Source: Camelus ferus
Taxonomy: Eukaryota
Assembly: GCF_009834535.1 (NCBI RefSeq)
Contig: NC_045697.1
Span: 116,314,001 to 116,378,000, forward strand
Length of the DNA: 64,000 bases
Direction of reading: 5' to 3'
Shown here: in pieces, positions 62,596-64,000 of the stretch
Layout: every line of letters starts with the position of its first letter
Position numbering within the stretch: position 1 is the stretch's first letter
Translations under genes and position numbers: made by a program
Notes under the pieces: generated by a model
Told to the model about the DNA's origin: nothing
Seen by the model: the letters and a program-made list of their open reading frames with translations, nothing else
Database searches by the model: none

Positions 62596-64000
62596 ACCAA
62601 AAGTGAGTCGTATCAATGTTATCTTTCGTTAATGAAGGTCAAGCCTCACCAGCTGATAGATGACCTAGTCCAAAACTGCACTGAGTCAATACTGCTGTAG
62701 TTGCTCCTGGTTGCTGCCAAGCAGCTGAAATGAACGCGGCTTCCCTTCTTCCCCTGTTGTTTTCTGACCTTGACCCAGTCAAACAAGTGACACCCAGGAG
62801 GCAGCAGCAAGGAGAGAAGCCTGCACCGCTCAAACTGGCAGGACCGCCTGGATGTCTTACAAAAAACCTCCCGTATCTCTAGCAACATCAGGAAACACAT
62901 CCAGCATGCCTCACAGGCGACCCTAGACAGCCCAATATGACACATCTCCTGGGAGATTTTGGACAGCTGCCCCCGAGGCCACACGCACGGAATAGTCACT
63001 TCACATGAGTCATTTAAAATACCGAACGAAAATCAATAAGCACCTCTGTGTATTTCCACGTCGCAGACAAACTCTTGGCAACAGGAGCCTTTTGGAGCTG
63101 GTTGCTTGGTAGAGGAAGACAGCATGGTTGGTTCCCATCGCTTAGCCCGTGTGCCTGGAAGCCCAGCTGGCGCCCATAAGGGCCACCAGCCACGTGCTGT
63201 GGCAAGGACGGCCTTTTCCACATTCTGGAGCTTGGGGAAGACTCTCTGGCAAAGTCACGTGGACGTGTCCCCTTAGGGCAATGCGAGACCTCTCTTGCTC
63301 GGATTAATTCTTTACTTCAGCGTGGTGATAGGATATTTAACAAGCCTTTCAAATAAAGTGCTTGCGTTTCTTATGGAATAAAAGCAATAAATCAAACCAA
63401 AATAATCCAGTCTGAGGTCTGAAGCATATGGTGTGTGTAATTTTACAGAACTACACAAGCCTGAGATGTTCTCCTTCTTGAAAAAAAGCCCAAGAGAGTG
63501 GGCTTTTTCTACTTAAAGGGAAGAAGAAATATTCTTGCATTTGGTTATCTCTGTCGTTAAAAATAGCTTTCAAACAATGTTCTTATGCCTGGAATCGTTA
63601 CACTGGCAATTTAGGGGGACTTCGTGTGTTTTCCCAAACATTTCTTTGGGAAGCAATTTCATTTTGATCGTTGAGACAGTATGTTTCATGCTATGTGAAT
63701 CACACAGTCTTGTTTACAGATATAAATAATCCTAGCTCCTTTGCAAAACAGTTTGTGCCCGTAGCTACACAGACTCGTTTAATAAGTTTGTTTTTGACTT
63801 GTTAATGATGTGAAACCAATCGTAGGCATTTCTGCTGTTTTGGGAAGGAGAGAACTGCCAAACAAACAGGTGTAAAAATGTATCTTCTGCACTTCATCAT
63901 GAATGATTAACATGGAAAGTTTATTGCAATCAAATAATCTCTGAGTAGCCACTGACTCGTGTCCAGGCAGAGCAGTGAACAAGCAACCGTGCACTCAGGT

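Overview
Mammalian genomic DNA, most likely camelid (camel/alpaca/llama): nine tRNA-Ala-derived vic-1-type SINEs and many cetartiodactyl-type L1 3' ends. The window appears to lie inside one + strand gene, SPMIP2 (C4orf45). Two internal coding exons are visible (34881-35113 and 47836-47894, canonical AG/GT, frame-compatible, 12.7 kb apart); I could not find the start-codon exon or the C-terminal exons. A decayed full-length ferritin light chain (FTL) processed pseudogene lies on the - strand at about 2735-3630. The rest is intronic and repeat-rich (L1, HAL1, L2, L3/CR1, MIR, MLT1, two ERV1-type solo LTRs with 4-bp TSDs, hAT MITEs). Nearly all other ORFs in the track are repeat-derived or chance. 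I found no convincing new biological system. The best oddities are retrotransposition structures: an L1 fragment fused to about 300 bp of unidentified polyadenylated sequence (59438-59970); a target site used twice, by a twin-primed L1 and a SINE (42729-43034); about 85 bp of unexplained sequence 5' of the FTL retrocopy; an L1 beside the exon branch point; and a MER53 (miR-1302-type) hairpin. Gene and repeat names come from recalled sequences, not searches. Repeat boundaries are approximate unless a TSD is quoted.
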